A stretch of DNA of 64,000 nt. Source: the human T2T-CHM13v2.0 reference genome, Homo sapiens. Below the pieces are notes generated by a model, which saw only the letters and a program-made list of their open reading frames with translations, did not search any database and had not been told where the DNA came from. The DNA is taken from the NCBI GenBank assembly GCA_009914755.4, contig CP068257.2:20096001-20160000 (forward strand), given 5' to 3'. This document shows positions 13,776-27,900 of this stretch, piece after piece (position 1 is the stretch's first letter; each line of letters opens with the position of its first letter). The position numbers and the translations under genes were made by a program.

Positions 13776-16700
13776 TAGAAACTAATATACTTGCTGTGTA
13801 ATAAATGAACACTGTAAATCCTTACAGGTCACAGAATATTCAGAGAATAAATTTTCATAATTTTGGTTTTAAGAAGTTCTTGTTGTTACCTTAGCTTTTC
13901 AGAGAGTACACAGTTAAATTCTGATAAACAAATTCTAGTATATACTCCAGACATCTCTACAGTACATGGAATAATTCTACATTGAAACACTAACTACAAT
14001 AATCATTATTGCAGAAGGACAATGCATCTGTGATTCTGGCACAAACAATTTAGGTACAATTTTCCCTCACATCATCCTTCTGATTGTTGTATATTATTTG
14101 CGTCTGAATGTTCTTAGAACTTCTTAGAAGATTCCATAAACATATGTTTTGTTAAAGCTCTACATTAAGTTTAGTTTGTATAGAAATGTAAAAAATTATA
14201 GACTTACATTTTCCTAGTACTTTTTATGTACTTTGCAATGCCTAAATAAATTAGATGCTGCTAGAAGCAAATTTTAGTTGCTTTTTCTCAGTTTTAAATG
14301 ATTTTCTTATTTTGTTTTCTGACAAAAGTTGTGTAGCCTATTTCGGACACTCCAGCATGTGGAAAATAGCTTCATAAGATAAAAATTAAAATAATTAAAA
14401 CCGTGTAATTAGAAAAATTAAATAAAATTTTTGAAAGTTAATTTGCAACACCTATAATTGCCAATGTGTGATAGAGTAACAGTAAGATTCCCTACAGCCA
14501 TTGAAACATTAATTGATGACAAATGATTCAGTGATTGACTTTATTGCCTTCTTGCAGCTCCAATGTAGATTATGGTAATTAATATTAAAAATCATTTCCT
14601 ATTTAACATTTTATGCTGACACAAATCCTTTATTGGTTCATTTGAGAGCTCTTTCTTAAATTATGCCATTGACTGCCTACTTAGCACAACAAGTAATGGA
14701 GCATCTAATAATTACGACAGTGAAACATGAAACTTATTTTAAAAATTTTTAATGATGGAAATGATTAAAAACCATAATCTTACTTTAGATAGCAAGCTGA
14801 CCAATAGATACCACAGTCTTTATTGAAATGTTTCTCTTGCTGATCCTCTGACACACTTCCTTGCATGGGCTATGCCATTTTTTTCAATATTTTCCTCCTG
14901 ATATGGTTTGACTGTGTCCACACCCAAATCTCAACTTGAAATATAACTCCCAGAATTCCAATTTGTTATGGGAGGGACCCAGAGGGAAGTAATTGAATCA
15001 TGGGGGGTTGGTCTTTCCCATCCTATTCTCATGATAGTGAATACGTCTCATGAGACCTGCTCAGTTTATCAGGGGTTTCTGCTTTTGCTCTTCATTTTCT
15101 CTTGCTGCCACCATGTAACAAGTGCCTTTCGCCTCGTGCCATTATTCTGAGGCCTCCTCAGCCACGTGGAACTGTAAGTCCAGTTAAAACTCTTTTTCTT
15201 CCCAGTCTTGGATATGTCTTTATCAGCAGTGTGAAGATGGACTAATACCGTAAACTGGAACCAGTAGAGTGGGGCATTGATGAAAAGATACCCAAAAATG
15301 TGGAAGTGACTTTGGAACTAGGTAACAGGCAGGAATTGGAGTAGCTTGAAGGGCTCAGAAGAAGACAGGAAAATGTGGGAAAGTTTGGAATTTCCTAGAG
15401 ACTTGTTGAATGGCTTCACCCAAAATGCTGAAAGTGATATGGACAATAAAATCCAGGCTGAGATGATCTCAGATGAAGGTGAGGAACTTGGGAACTGGAG
15501 CAAAGAGAGTGGTGACATTTTGCTCCTTCCCTAGAGACTTGTGGAATTTTGAACTTGAGAGAGATGATTTAGGGTATGTGGTGGAAGAAATTTCTAAGTA
15601 GCAAAGCATTCAAGAGGTGACTTGGGTGCTGTTAAAGGCATTCAGTTTAAAAAGGAAAGCAGAGCATGAAAGTTTGGAAAATTTGCAGCCTGACTATGTG
15701 ATAGAAAAGAAGAAACCCATTTTCGGGGGAGAAATTCAAGCCAACTGCAGAAATGTTCATAGGTAGCAAGAAGCCTAATGTTAATCTCCATGACCTTGGA
15801 GAAAATGTCCCCAAGACCACAGGGAAAATGTTCTCCATGTCAGAGACCTTCGCAGCAGCCCCTCCCATCACTAGCCCTGAGGCCCAGGAGAAAAAAGCAG
15901 TTTTGTGGGCCGGGCCCAGGGTCCTCGTGCTATGTGCAGCCTAGGAACTTGGTGCCCTAGGAACCTGTGTTCCAGGAACTTGGAACACAGCCTAGGAACT
16001 TGTGTCCCAGTTGTTCCAGCCATAGCTGTAAGGGACCAACATACAGCTCATGCTGTGGCTTCAGACAGTGGAAGCCCCAAGCCTTGGCAGCTTCCACGTG
16101 GTGTTGAGCCTGTGGGTGCACAGAAGTCAAGAATTGAGGTTTGGGAACCTCCCCCTAGATTTCAGAAGATGTATGGAAACACCTGGATGTGCAGGCAAAT
16201 TTTGCTTCAGGGGCAGGGCTGTCATGAAGAACCTCTGCTAGGGCAGTGCAGAAGGGAAATGTGGGGTTGGAGCCCCCACACGGAGTCCCTACTGGGGCAC
16301 TGCCTAGTGGAGCTGTGAGAAGAGGGCCATCATCCTCCAGAGCCCATAATGGTAGATCCACTGATAGCTTGCTTCAGGTGCCTGGGAAAGCCACAGACAC
16401 TCAACACCACCACATGAAAGCAGTCAGGAGGGAGGCTGTACCTTTCAAAGCCACAGAGGCTGAGCTGCCCAAGACCATGGGAACCCACCTCTTGCATCAG
16501 CGTGACCTGGATTTGAGACATGGAGTCAAAGGAGATCATTTTGGAACTTTAAAATTTGACTGCCCTGCTGGATTTTGGACTTCCATGGGCCCGTAAACAC
16601 TTTGTTTTGACCAATTTCTACCATTTGGAATGGCTGTATTTACTCAATACCTGTACCCCCATTGTATCTAGGAGGTAACTAGCTTGCTTTTGATTTTACA

Positions 16701-17162
16701 GGCTCATAAGCAGAAGGGACTTGCCTTGTCTCAGGTGAAACTCTGGACTGTGGACTTTTGGGTTTATGCTAAAATGAGTTAAGACTTTGTGGGACTGTTG
16801 GGATGGCATGATTGGTTTTCAAATGTGAGAACATGAGATTTGGAGGGGCCTGGGTGGAACAATATGGTTTGGCTGTGTCCCTACTGAAATCTCAAATTGA
16901 ATTGTGTCTCCCAGAATTACCATGTGTTGTGGGAGGGACCCAGGGTAAGTAATTGAATCATGGGGGCTGGTCTTCCCTGTGCTATTCTCGTGATAGTGAA
17001 TAAGTCTCACGAGATCTAATGGGTTTATCAGTGGTTTCCACTTTTACTTCTTCCTCATTTTCTCTTGCCACCACCATGTAAGAAGTGCCTTTCATATCCT
17101 GCCATGATTCTGAGGCCTCCCCAGACATGTGGAACTGTAAGTCCAATTAAAACTCTTTTTCT

Positions 17163-17297
17163 GGCCGGGTGCAGTGGCTCATGTCTGTAATCCCAGCACT
17201 TTGGGAGGCCGAGGTGGGCGGATGAGTTGAGGTCAGCAGTTTCAAGACAAGCCTGGCCAACATGGCGAAAACCCATCTCTACTTAAAATACAAATAT
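17163..17297 (+). mobile_element. Alu fragment (left monomer plus linker), nested in the MaLR 3' LTR
   Basis: ggccgggtgcagtggctcatgtctgtaatcccagcactttgggaggccgaggtgggcggatgagttgaggtcagcagtttcaagacaagcctggccaacatggcgaaaacccatctctacttaaaatacaaatatg. Confidence 0.85.
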
Positions 17298-17810
<513 letters not shown>

Positions 17811-18300
17811 CCCTTTTACTTCCCAGTCTCAGGTATGTCTTTATCAGCAGTGTGAAATGGACTAATACACCTCCATTCCTTATTTTAAAAAGATGAATTT
17901 ATCTCCTACCTCGCTGAAGTCCTTGAGCTTAAAATGTTTTAGATCCCTACCCTGTATTTCCTAATAAACCTTTCCTTATCCTAGTTCACTCCTGATCTCT
18001 CATATCAAGATGGGGATCTCTGCTCTCATCACATATGTCTCAGGGAAGACAATCCATTCAGCATCTTCTCCTCTACCTCTGTGCTTAAATTTCTATTAAA
18101 TTAATAGAAATTCATTAATTTAAATTTCTGTATTACTTCCTGTATTCCTGCCTCTAAATATGTTCTAGTTTGTCTTATCCTGAAAGTTTTCTTCTTTAGA
18201 TCCTTAAATTTATCTGTTTCTTTTCTTTCTCTGAAAACGTTTTGAAATGTAGACGTATCTTGCTTTCACTGGGTCATTATCTACTCACTTTTCAAACTCT

Positions 18301-18604
<304 letters not shown>

Positions 18605-19555
18605 ATTACCCATGCTCTTAATCATGATTTGTGTTTCCTCTTGGCCAAATCCTGTGTTGGCCTATCTCACTTATAATAAGACGGGGACTGCTGTCCTCCA
18701 GAAAATGTTAACTAAAAGTACTGAATTCTTCATGGCATATGCTGAATACATGGGCTGATCATAGATACAATTCACATAAAGGTGAGCTACGGGACACTGT
18801 GGACTGGGCTGGCTAGAGAAAGCTTGCAAAAAGAGTGGGAACTGATAACGCTTGGGATTAGGAGTAAAAGTCATAAAGTAAGGGTGAGGGAAAGGATACG
18901 GGGTGGGGGGGGCATTCCATTTGAGAACTTCAGAAAAGAGGTGACAAGGTAGGAATATAAAAGGAATATTTAGAGGTCAGCCTTGGAGGAGATAATGATT
19001 TTTATGCCTAGGAATAGTGGAAAATAAGTTTGGGAATGTAGTTGGGGCATAGATTTGGAAAAGTGCGAGAGTACACATTTGAATATGATATTGTAGAAAA
19101 CTGAAGACGGTTAAAAGGAGTGATGGCAAACAAGCAGGAATTTAGAAAAGTTAATGAGATGGGTTTTATTTATGCTTTTTGGGTAGGTCTACAGGGAGAG
19201 TCTAATGCTTGGGAATCGTTAAAGTGGTCATTACAACAGTCTAAATGTGGTGTTGGAAGCAGATATTTACCAGCAATATAGATGCTTTAGAAGAGAGTTC
19301 ACAGTTCTTGAGAAGCTACTGAAATTTGTGTCAAGGTAAAGTGAGGTTTTAAAAATAGCTTCTGGAATTAACCTAAATGAATGGAAGAATATGAGTCCTA
19401 CTGAAAGAAATGGGATTCTCTCTATATATTATAAAAATTTGACTGATGACTACAGTAGAAATTGTGCATCAGTTGAAGAAAGAAATAGCTAATGCTCATA
19501 GTAAGAACAGCAGCCAGTGGCTTTGCATATTTATCACCAGAGCTTCTGAAAATTA

Positions 19556-19674
19556 TTTTTATTTTTCATTTCTTTTTTCTCCTTCTCCTTTCATCTCTTT
19601 CTTCTACTTTCCTTCCCTTCCCTCCTTTCTTTAATTTCCACTTTTCCTTCTTCTCTCCCTTTCTCCCTTCCTCA
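19556..19674. repeat. Polypyrimidine (CT/TTCC-rich) low-complexity tract
   Basis: ttttatttttcatttcttttttctccttctcctttcatctctttcttctactttccttcccttccctcctttctttaatttccacttttccttcttctctccctttctcccttcctc. Confidence 0.85.
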
Positions 19675-21265
19675 GTATTTTTAATTTGTGTTTAAAATAA
19701 ATATTTATTAAGCATTTATTCTGGGACTGTAGTTTTTCTATTTTATCTCTGGGTCAGTAACAAGCCTTGTAAATTAATTCAACACTGGGACTGGGTATTT
19801 GAGCTTTGGATCATGAAGTCAGCCTGTTCAGTCTGATAAACTACCACTTCGTTTACATAGATAATGAAAATATCAAGTCCATTACTAAGATAAATTAGAA
19901 ATGAATGTATGAATTATTGGGTGCAATAAATAAATCTGCATATTAAAGAAATCTATGGACCAAAATGTATTACAATCATATATCAAAAATAAAGCTTGTG
20001 TACATGGGTGCATGTGCATGTGGTTTTATCTTGTGACTGTGTGGGGACACAAAACCAATTATTGTCTTTTGAATCAATTTTCCCTGACAGTTTAGATTTA
20101 AGCTTGATGACATTTTGAACCTATTTCAGCCCATTTGGAATAAATTTATCAATTTCAACTCACATCTTCTTGATAAAACCAAATTTGTATCCCTATTTCT
20201 CCACTAATGCATGGACCATTATTGATGTTCCTTCTCTCCACTTTGCAGGATCTTAAAGTTTTTCCTTTTATGCTTCTTAAGATTTGATTACTAGCATTGT
20301 GAATACTGTATGTTTCTCCTCATCTTTCTCCAGGGTAAAGATCTGAACGTCTTTGTCAGTTCATACAAACTTTGAATATTGTTGCCAAGCACATGATAGA
20401 TATCAGAACTGGGTGTATTTCATGATCAGGTGAATTGAATTAGCTTATCAGATGAATGGTTACTTAATTTGTTTTGTGAAGGAAAGCTAACTGGGTTAGG
20501 TGACTTCCAACCAAAGGTGAATTTAAGGACACATGATTCAAGCCTTGAAATATTACAGAAAGTATGCCATGTTTAGAAATAAAACTGAATGATTTTTATT
20601 ATAAATACTAATATCATTTTTATGTTCTCTGTAGTTCACTTCCTGCCTTGCCAACGCCTTTAGGCTATTTTGCGTTCCCCATATGTGGGAATGGATATTT
20701 TTAGCATTAAGCAGAAAAGAGTCACAGATAACAGTGATTTCCAAGTCCCAGGGTGAGAAAGAAGCCAGGGATGATGCCCTTGGCCTTTCAATTGGCTTGA
20801 AAGTAGCAGCAAGAGCAGCAGAATCTGAATGAAGTCAGTAGACAGGAAAGGAGAATGCTTTAATGACAACCTGAAAGAATGAGTGACTGAAGACCAAATG
20901 GGATCAATAAAATCTCGGAAGATACTCAGATGGACAGATTACTTCAGGGCTAGGAGATTCCAACAACATCTCAGTACTAAGTAAGCACCCCAGTTTGAGT
21001 GAGTTCGGGTTGAAATGCATATCAAATTTCAAAAGAAAACAATAGGCTCATAAGGGTTGTATACCTTATTGCCATATTCTAACTGGGCTTTGACAGTGAA
21101 ATATTGAGTTACCACTTTTTAAAATGACCTGACATTGCAGTGTCTATAGTTTTTATTCAAATGACCTAATTTCCTTTTTATTCATTTACTAAGCATTTCT
21201 TATTTTCCCTTCTTTTGCAGTGTAGGTTATGTTAGTCGTAATATTTACTATAAAAATTGTATTAT

Positions 21266-21335
21266 CTGGTAATGGTAATAGTAGTAATAGTAGATAATAG
21301 GGGTAATAGCAATTATAGAAATAGCAGCAATAGTG
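21266..21335. repeat. Imperfect (AATAGT/AATGGT)n minisatellite-like tract
   Basis: ggtaatggtaatagtagtaatagtagataataggggtaatagcaattatagaaatagcagcaatagtgcc. Confidence 0.7.
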
Positions 21336-24300
21336 CCAAAGGTGGCAGAAAAACACCTAAAAATTTTGAACAGACATTAGGCGAAGCACTTTCTCTATCA
21401 ACTGTGCTAAGCATTTTCTATAGAGTAACTCATTTAATATTCTCAGCAACTCTTGAGGTAGGTGAGATTTTACCCTGTTATATAAATGAGAAACCTTAGG
21501 TTCAAAAAAATTAAGCCACTTCCTCACGTTATTCAGATGATGAGTGTGAGCTGTAATTCCCATGGAGAGCTTGCTCTTCCAGGCCCCCTAGTAGACAGCA
21601 TGATATGAAGGAGAAAAATTAGGCAGGCAGCAAATGTTAGCTCTTTCCCTGACTGTTACAGTGGCTTTTGAACTTTGGCAGGTCACCAGTATCTGAAGAA
21701 CTTCTTGAAATGTGGATTGCTGGGCTTTTCCCCCAGGTTTCTGATTAATTAAGACTGGAAGAAGGCCCCAAATGAACATTTCTAGCAAGTTCCCAGGTGA
21801 CACTGCTGCATCTTGTCCAAGGCTCACACTTTGAGAACCTCTGTTATAGGTTTAGATACGTGAACGAAACCCATGAAGGTAAAGTGGTCTTATTGAAGGA
21901 AGTGTCAGCACTATTTATACTTGGATAAGGGCATGTGATCATCTAATTTGATCATATCTATTCACACAGTTATGACCACTTCTGTATACATAAATATAAT
22001 ATAAAGATGAAATATATGGTGCTTGTTGTTAAGAACCTTAAAATCTGGAGAATGAAGGCAAATCTATAAGCAAATAAGGCACCAAAGCTTATACATGTTT
22101 TGCAAAAAGGCAAAAATGTATATATGGCATAAAAACAAAGTATAAATTTTCTACTTGAATTGGAGTATGCAGTAGGGAGTAAGATAGAAAAGTTAGATAG
22201 AGAATTTGATGTCTTAGCTAAATGCTGAAAACCAAGAAGATTTGCACTAATCACTAATCACGTAGAACAAGGGCTTAGGATAAAGTGTGGGATGGAGGGA
22301 GAATGATGTTATAGATAGTGAAGAATGTGAAAGCACCAGATTAACATAGTCATGTATTTAACTAAAGCATTTGAACTTCATGCTGCACACAATAGTGAAC
22401 CTTCAAATGTTTTTTAATGAGTGTAAATTATTATCCACTTTGTAACTTATACAGCATGGTCTGACAAGTTTGAAGAGTTTACTGTCCAAGAGGCAGATCA
22501 AGATCAGGATGATTAATTTTACTAATGAATTAGTCCTAAGGAAAGATGAGTTCCCACACAAGGAAGTGGTAATGTATACATAACAAGGACTGAATTTGAC
22601 AGCTGATTAAGAAATGAGATTGACAGGATTCTTAAAAGTGTCTCTCGCTGGTGTTGATAGGTACTAAATAAAAAATGAATCAGGTTCTAGCTGAAAATTA
22701 TATAGTCCAGTGGTTCTCAAACTTCAGCATATTAGAATTATATGGGCACTTAAAGCATACTAATATACAGGCCACACCACTTTCAATCTATTCAGAATCT
22801 TTGGAATCATTCGTAATTCCCAAGTGATTCAAATAATAATGGTGCTATTTAATAAATAGAGAACAGATCTGTAATATGGATCAGACTTGTAAAGAATGCA
22901 GAGAGAGGAAGAGTTGGAAGATATAGGAGAGGAAATGAGATAACTGAAAAACAAATTGCCTGGAGACAATAGAAGAATAGAGAATGAAAAACACAGGTCG
23001 AAATACTAAACCTCAAATTCGAGAAGGTATGCTTCAGTTTCTGAGATTAAAGGAAAGTAGGTAATGCTCAAGCACCTAGAAAAAAACTAATAGGAAACTT
23101 TATTTTCATGTATTTGGAGTCTAGTCTTGAAAGTCACCTCCGATGCTAGAGCACAACCCAAATTTTGTATTTTCCCTTATAAACTTAATAGGTGATACAA
23201 ATATGTGTTAGAAATCAGTCTAGGATACTTTGACATATGTCAGTGACTGAGGAACGGGCATGCAAGGAATGTTTAAAGAAATATTTAATTTTTTGAAAGA
23301 AGCTATAAGCATAGCAGTTTATGTAAAAAAGAAAATTCCAATAAAATATACAAGCCCAAAGTATACTATATCCATGGGTTTCTTTCTGCTTGTGGGTTGT
23401 ATTTTGTAATCACTACCCAAAAGCATTGTTTTCAAGCCTATTTTTTTATCAAGAAAAGTTTGTCCAAAAAGAATTACATAAAAATTTAAAATAACAAATA
23501 AAAAACCAACTAGAATGGCTCCAGCCCAAGCTATGAAAGGAAGTCATTGCTCCTACCTGCCCATATCTCCACTACAGATTGATGGTCAGTGACTGAGAGT
23601 ACATCAAGTTTTTTTCTGAGAAATCAATTGAATAAAACTTGGGATTGAATGAAACCTGTCTTTTTTAACAAAATGCGGGACAAGCATAAAATTTACAGCT
23701 ATTCTTTTTAATATGGTAGCTACTAACTACATGTGGTTATTAGGTCTTTGCAATATAGATAGTTAAAAAGATAGTCTGCACATTTGATTTTATACACATA
23801 GTAAAACAGAAGGATAAAATGCATTAATAATATTTACTGTATTGATTACATATTGAAGTAACACTATTTTGAATATATTAGATTAAATGTAATATATTGT
23901 TAAAACTAAGTTCATCTCTGTCTTTTCTACCCTTTAAATGCAGCTGCCAGAAATTTAAAATTAAATATGCATCTCACATTTTGTCTTTATTAGACAGTGC
24001 TAATCTCTAAGCATTTGGGCATTAGGGAACATCAATGAATATTAAGTTGGAACTTAATTTAGCTTATGGAGGATGGTCCCAATTAGCTGTTTTCAAACTC
24101 TTTATATATTTTTAGGATTGAATCAAAAGTTTATTTAGAGAAGGAAATGTTTTAAAGTTATTGCTGCTATAGAATACTTTAAAAATTATAAATTACCAAT
24201 ACAAAAGGTACATTATATTTTTCTTTCATCTCTATTTTTCTTCAGTAGCTTTTGTGATTTTTAATAAAGTCTTGCCTCTCCATATGTATATAATTTCAAA

Positions 24301-25004
24301 TATATTTTTCTTTATCCCTTTTTATCCTCAGAATAACTCTGTGATAGGAAATAAATTATCTTCACTTTAGCTTTACCTTTCCTTTACTAATCTGCCTATA
24401 TGCAGGGAGCAGAGCATCTTACAGCAACATTTCTTCATTATAATTTAGACATTCATTCAATAATCAGTCAAGAGATTTGTCTTATTTTTGCATAATTGAT
24501 ATAATTTTGAAAGGCTGACTGTCCTCAATATTGTTCTTTTGGAGCCCAACATGCTACTTATTCATCTACGGGAATTCACCGTGCCAGGCAATGCAGCCAT
24601 TGAACTTTGGATAGTACATCTGTGCCTATTAGAGATAATGCCACTGAAAAGCTCCTCTTTAGAAACACTGAAGACAAGAATGCACCCCAAACTACGCTGG
24701 GGAAAAAGATGGTATTACGAAGTCAAAAGTTTCTAACTTTCTTAAATAATGCCCCACATCTTCAAAAAGCTTGGCTACAGCTCTGAATTGAGGTCTTCTT
24801 CAATGAAACAATCTAGAAGTTCTAGCTGTGTACTAAGGTCACCACTGAACAAACTGAGCTGTGCTCACAATTGCCTGCTGGTGGAAACGATCAGTGGTGT
24901 GAGCCAATACTTGCATGTGCTAGATGACCTTATTTGAACAGTGCGTTTTTAACTTCATAGACGTGTCTCCATAGCATAATTACTTTGAAAACCTCTGTAT
25001 CAGT

Positions 25005-25320
25005 TTTCTAATGCTGCTGTTATAAATTACCACCGACTCGCTGGCAGAAAACAATACAAATGTATTATCTTGCATTTCAATGAGTTAGAAGTCTGACATA
25101 GGCCTCACTGGGCTAAAATCAAAGTGTCAGTACCTACTGCACTGTGTTCTGGAGACTCTGAGGGACAATCTATTTTCTTGCTTTTTCTGGTTTCTAAGAA
25201 CCATTCGCATTCCTTAGCTCATGGCCAGCTTCCATCATCCTCAAAACCAGTGCCTTTGCATTTGTCGACTCTTCCTCTGATTACAGATGGGAAAGGATTC
25301 CCACTTTTAAAGAGTGTGTG
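25005..25320 (+). mobile_element. Second copy of the 'ctgctgttataaattaccaccgactcgctggc...' ancient interspersed repeat family (same family as 8130-8340 and 27425-27900)
   Basis: ttctaatgctgctgttataaattaccaccgactcgctggcagaaaacaatacaaatgtattatcttgcatttcaatgagttagaagtctgacataggcctcactgggctaaaatcaaagtgtcagtacc...ccttagctcatggccagcttccatcatcctcaaaacc... is collinear with the other two copies. Confidence 0.4.
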
Positions 25321-25340
25321 TGTGTGTGTGTGTGTATGAC
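25316..25340. repeat. (GT)n microsatellite
   Basis: agagtgtgtgtgtgtgtgtgtgtgtatgac. Confidence 0.9.
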
Positions 25341-25770
25341 TGTATGTGTATGAGTGTGATTAGATCAGACTCAAGATAATTTCCATATCTCAAGGGCCTT
25401 TGCTTATTTTTACAAAACCTTTTTTTTCTGTATTGGATAATATATTAATATCAACAAGATCTAGTGATTAGAATGGGTACATCTTTTTAAGGGGGATTGC
25501 ATTACACTGCCTACAGCCTCCTCTACTGCTCTGAGTATTTTGATAGGAACTATATCTCTCACTAGCAGGGATCCTTTTTCCTTTCATTTTATATAGATAT
25601 TCTGTCAAAAAAATGTCTCAGCCCATAGGACAATAAAATACCTATTTAAAAGCCATTTATCTTATAATGGCACCCTTAAGTCATCTGAATATCCATTGAA
25701 ACCAAGATTGAGCTTAGTATAATTAACATAGGTATATAAGGAAAGTTGGTTAAAAGTAAAATTGTGTGGG

Positions 25771-26083
25771 TTTTTTTTTATTTGTTTTGTTTTGTTTTTT
25801 GTTTGTTTCTGAGGTGGAGTCTCCTCTGTTGCCCAGGCTGGAATGCAGTGGCGCCATTTGGGTTCACTGCAACCTCTGCCTCCTAGGTTCAAGCAATTCT
25901 GCCTCAGCCTCCTGACTAGCTGGGATGACAAGCACATGTCACCACGCCTGGCTAATTTTTTTTTTGTTTTTAGTAAAGATGGGATTTCATCGTGTTACCC
26001 AGGATGGTCTCCATCCCCTGACCTCTTTATCCGCCTGCCTCGGCCTCCCAAAGTGCTGGGATTACAGGCGTGAGCCACCACAC
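25771..26083 (-). mobile_element. Alu SINE, full length, minus orientation
   Basis: T-rich tail then gaggtggagtctcctctgttgcccaggctggaatgcagtggcgccatttgggttcactgcaacctctgcctcctaggttcaagcaattctgcctcagcctcc...ccaaagtgctgggattacaggcgtgagccaccacaca. Confidence 0.95.
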
Positions 26084-27424
26084 ACATCTTTAACACACAT
26101 GTTATACATATGATATTTCATTGTCAAAAGCAATTTTCTAAAATTCCAAAAGATTTATCTTATTTGAGGTTCAAAATAATGGGATTAGGACATTCTTTAC
26201 GTCTCCTATTGGATGGACCATATTTAGGGCAGAGTAAATATTAAGCCATCATCAATTAAAACTTACTCACTGTATGAGTTAGGGTAATCCAGAGAACCAA
26301 TAGCTCTATCAATTTATCATCTATCTCATCATCTATCTAGAAATATATTTTAAGAATTGACTCTAGCAATGTGGGGGCTAGTAAATTTGAAATTTGTAGC
26401 CAGCAACCTGGAAATTCAGGTAAAGGTTGGTTTTGCCATCTTAAATCTGAAATAGTCTACATATGAGTCAAGAGGCTGGAAACTCAGGCATGGTTTCTAT
26501 GTTGCCGTCTGGAGAAGAAATTACTTCTTCTTTGAGATTCTTCCATCTTGTCTTTTCATGCATTCAATACATTGAACGAGGCCCACTCTCCTTTTGGAGG
26601 GTAATCTGGTTTTCCTTTAATTCCTCTGATTGGAAATTTTAAAAACACACACAAATATCTTCACAGCAATATCTAGAAGGATGTATGACCAAACAACTGG
26701 GCATCATAGCCTAGTGAAGCTGACAGATAAAATTAACTGTCACATTTTCAGAAAGTATTATGGAATTAAAGCTTCCTCTGAAGAACTCATTATTTTTGTG
26801 AAAACCTTTTACAATCAAATACTATCTTACAAGCTATTGATTCAATAATTATCTATTAAGGGCTTACTACACTGTGTGTGTATGTGTGTGTATATGCACT
26901 AAATGTATCTCTTCAGTTTTTACCGCATGCTAGTTGCTGCATTTGGTTATATAAATATGAATGACACACTGTCCCTGACTTCAAGATAATTGTTGTTAAT
27001 TATAAAGGTAAATGCATATAAAAAAATCACAGTACAACATTCTTGGTGTTAAGAAGACTGGGAATGCACTGGCAGGGCTGCAGCATGAATGGAGTGCAGC
27101 TAACACATCCTTGGGGAGTCATATTTGAAGGAACTGAAGAAACTGCAAATGAACAAAATAGGAAGTGGCGAAATAGGCAGATCATAGATCAAATAGCATC
27201 AGCCGGTTTATATAACTGAGTATTTTGGCATATCATGAAAGCAGGGCGGGATGTTAGGAACATAAGTGGAGTTGTATTGTGAAGAGCCTCGGATGTCAGA
27301 CCACATTTTTCTTACAGGAATGAGAGGACATTAAGGTAGTAGCTGTTAACCAGTGAAAGACCCAGATTTGCCTTTGCAGTTCTTGAAAAGGCCATTTCCT
27401 TTGCAGAAAGAGACTCAATTCTTG

Positions 27425-27900
27425 CTCTTTCTCTGTCTTTGTGCTGCTATAACAAAATATCTGAGACTGGGCAACAGATAATGTAAATATGTAAATAAGT
27501 GGATATAGAAATGTTATAAATTTATTTCTTGTAGTTCTGAAGGCTGGAAAGTCTAAGATCCAGTCACTAGCTGGTCTGGTGTCTGGTGAGGGCTGCTCTC
27601 AGCTTTCCGGGATAGTACCTTGCTGTTGTGTCCTCTGAAAAGGACAAACACAGTGTCCTCACATGGCAAAGGCAGAAGGGCAAAAAAAACCCCAAAAATC
27701 CTAGAACGCAAAAAAAAAAAAGAAAAAAAGAAAAAGCTGAATGCTGTTTGAAGCCTCTTTTATATAGGCCTTAATCCCATTCATGAGAGTTTCACCCTCA
27801 TTGACTTAAACATGTCTCAAAAGCCCCATCTTTTAATACCATCACAGTGGGAATTAAGTTTCAACACATAAATTTTGGAGAACACGTTCAGACCATGGCA
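27425..27900 (+). mobile_element. Third and longest copy of the ancient interspersed repeat family ('ctttgtgctgctataacaaaatatctgagactggg...ttctgaaggctggaaagtctaagatccag...taatcccattcatgagagtttcaccctcattgacttaaa...accatcacagtgggaattaagtttcaacacataaattttggagaacacgttcagaccatggca')
   Basis: Collinear with the remembered consensus of a highly abundant human repeat. It carries an internal A-rich tract at 27690-27735. Confidence 0.45.

Noticed and set aside
15905-16596. 137-aa and 116-aa ORFs (MGRAQGPRAMC..., MQKGNVGLEPPHG...) as candidate novel proteins
   Set aside because: They lie in the internal region of the MaLR element and have decayed homologues in the second MaLR copy (47577-48238, minus strand). 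They are degenerate transposable-element sequence, with frames broken between copies.
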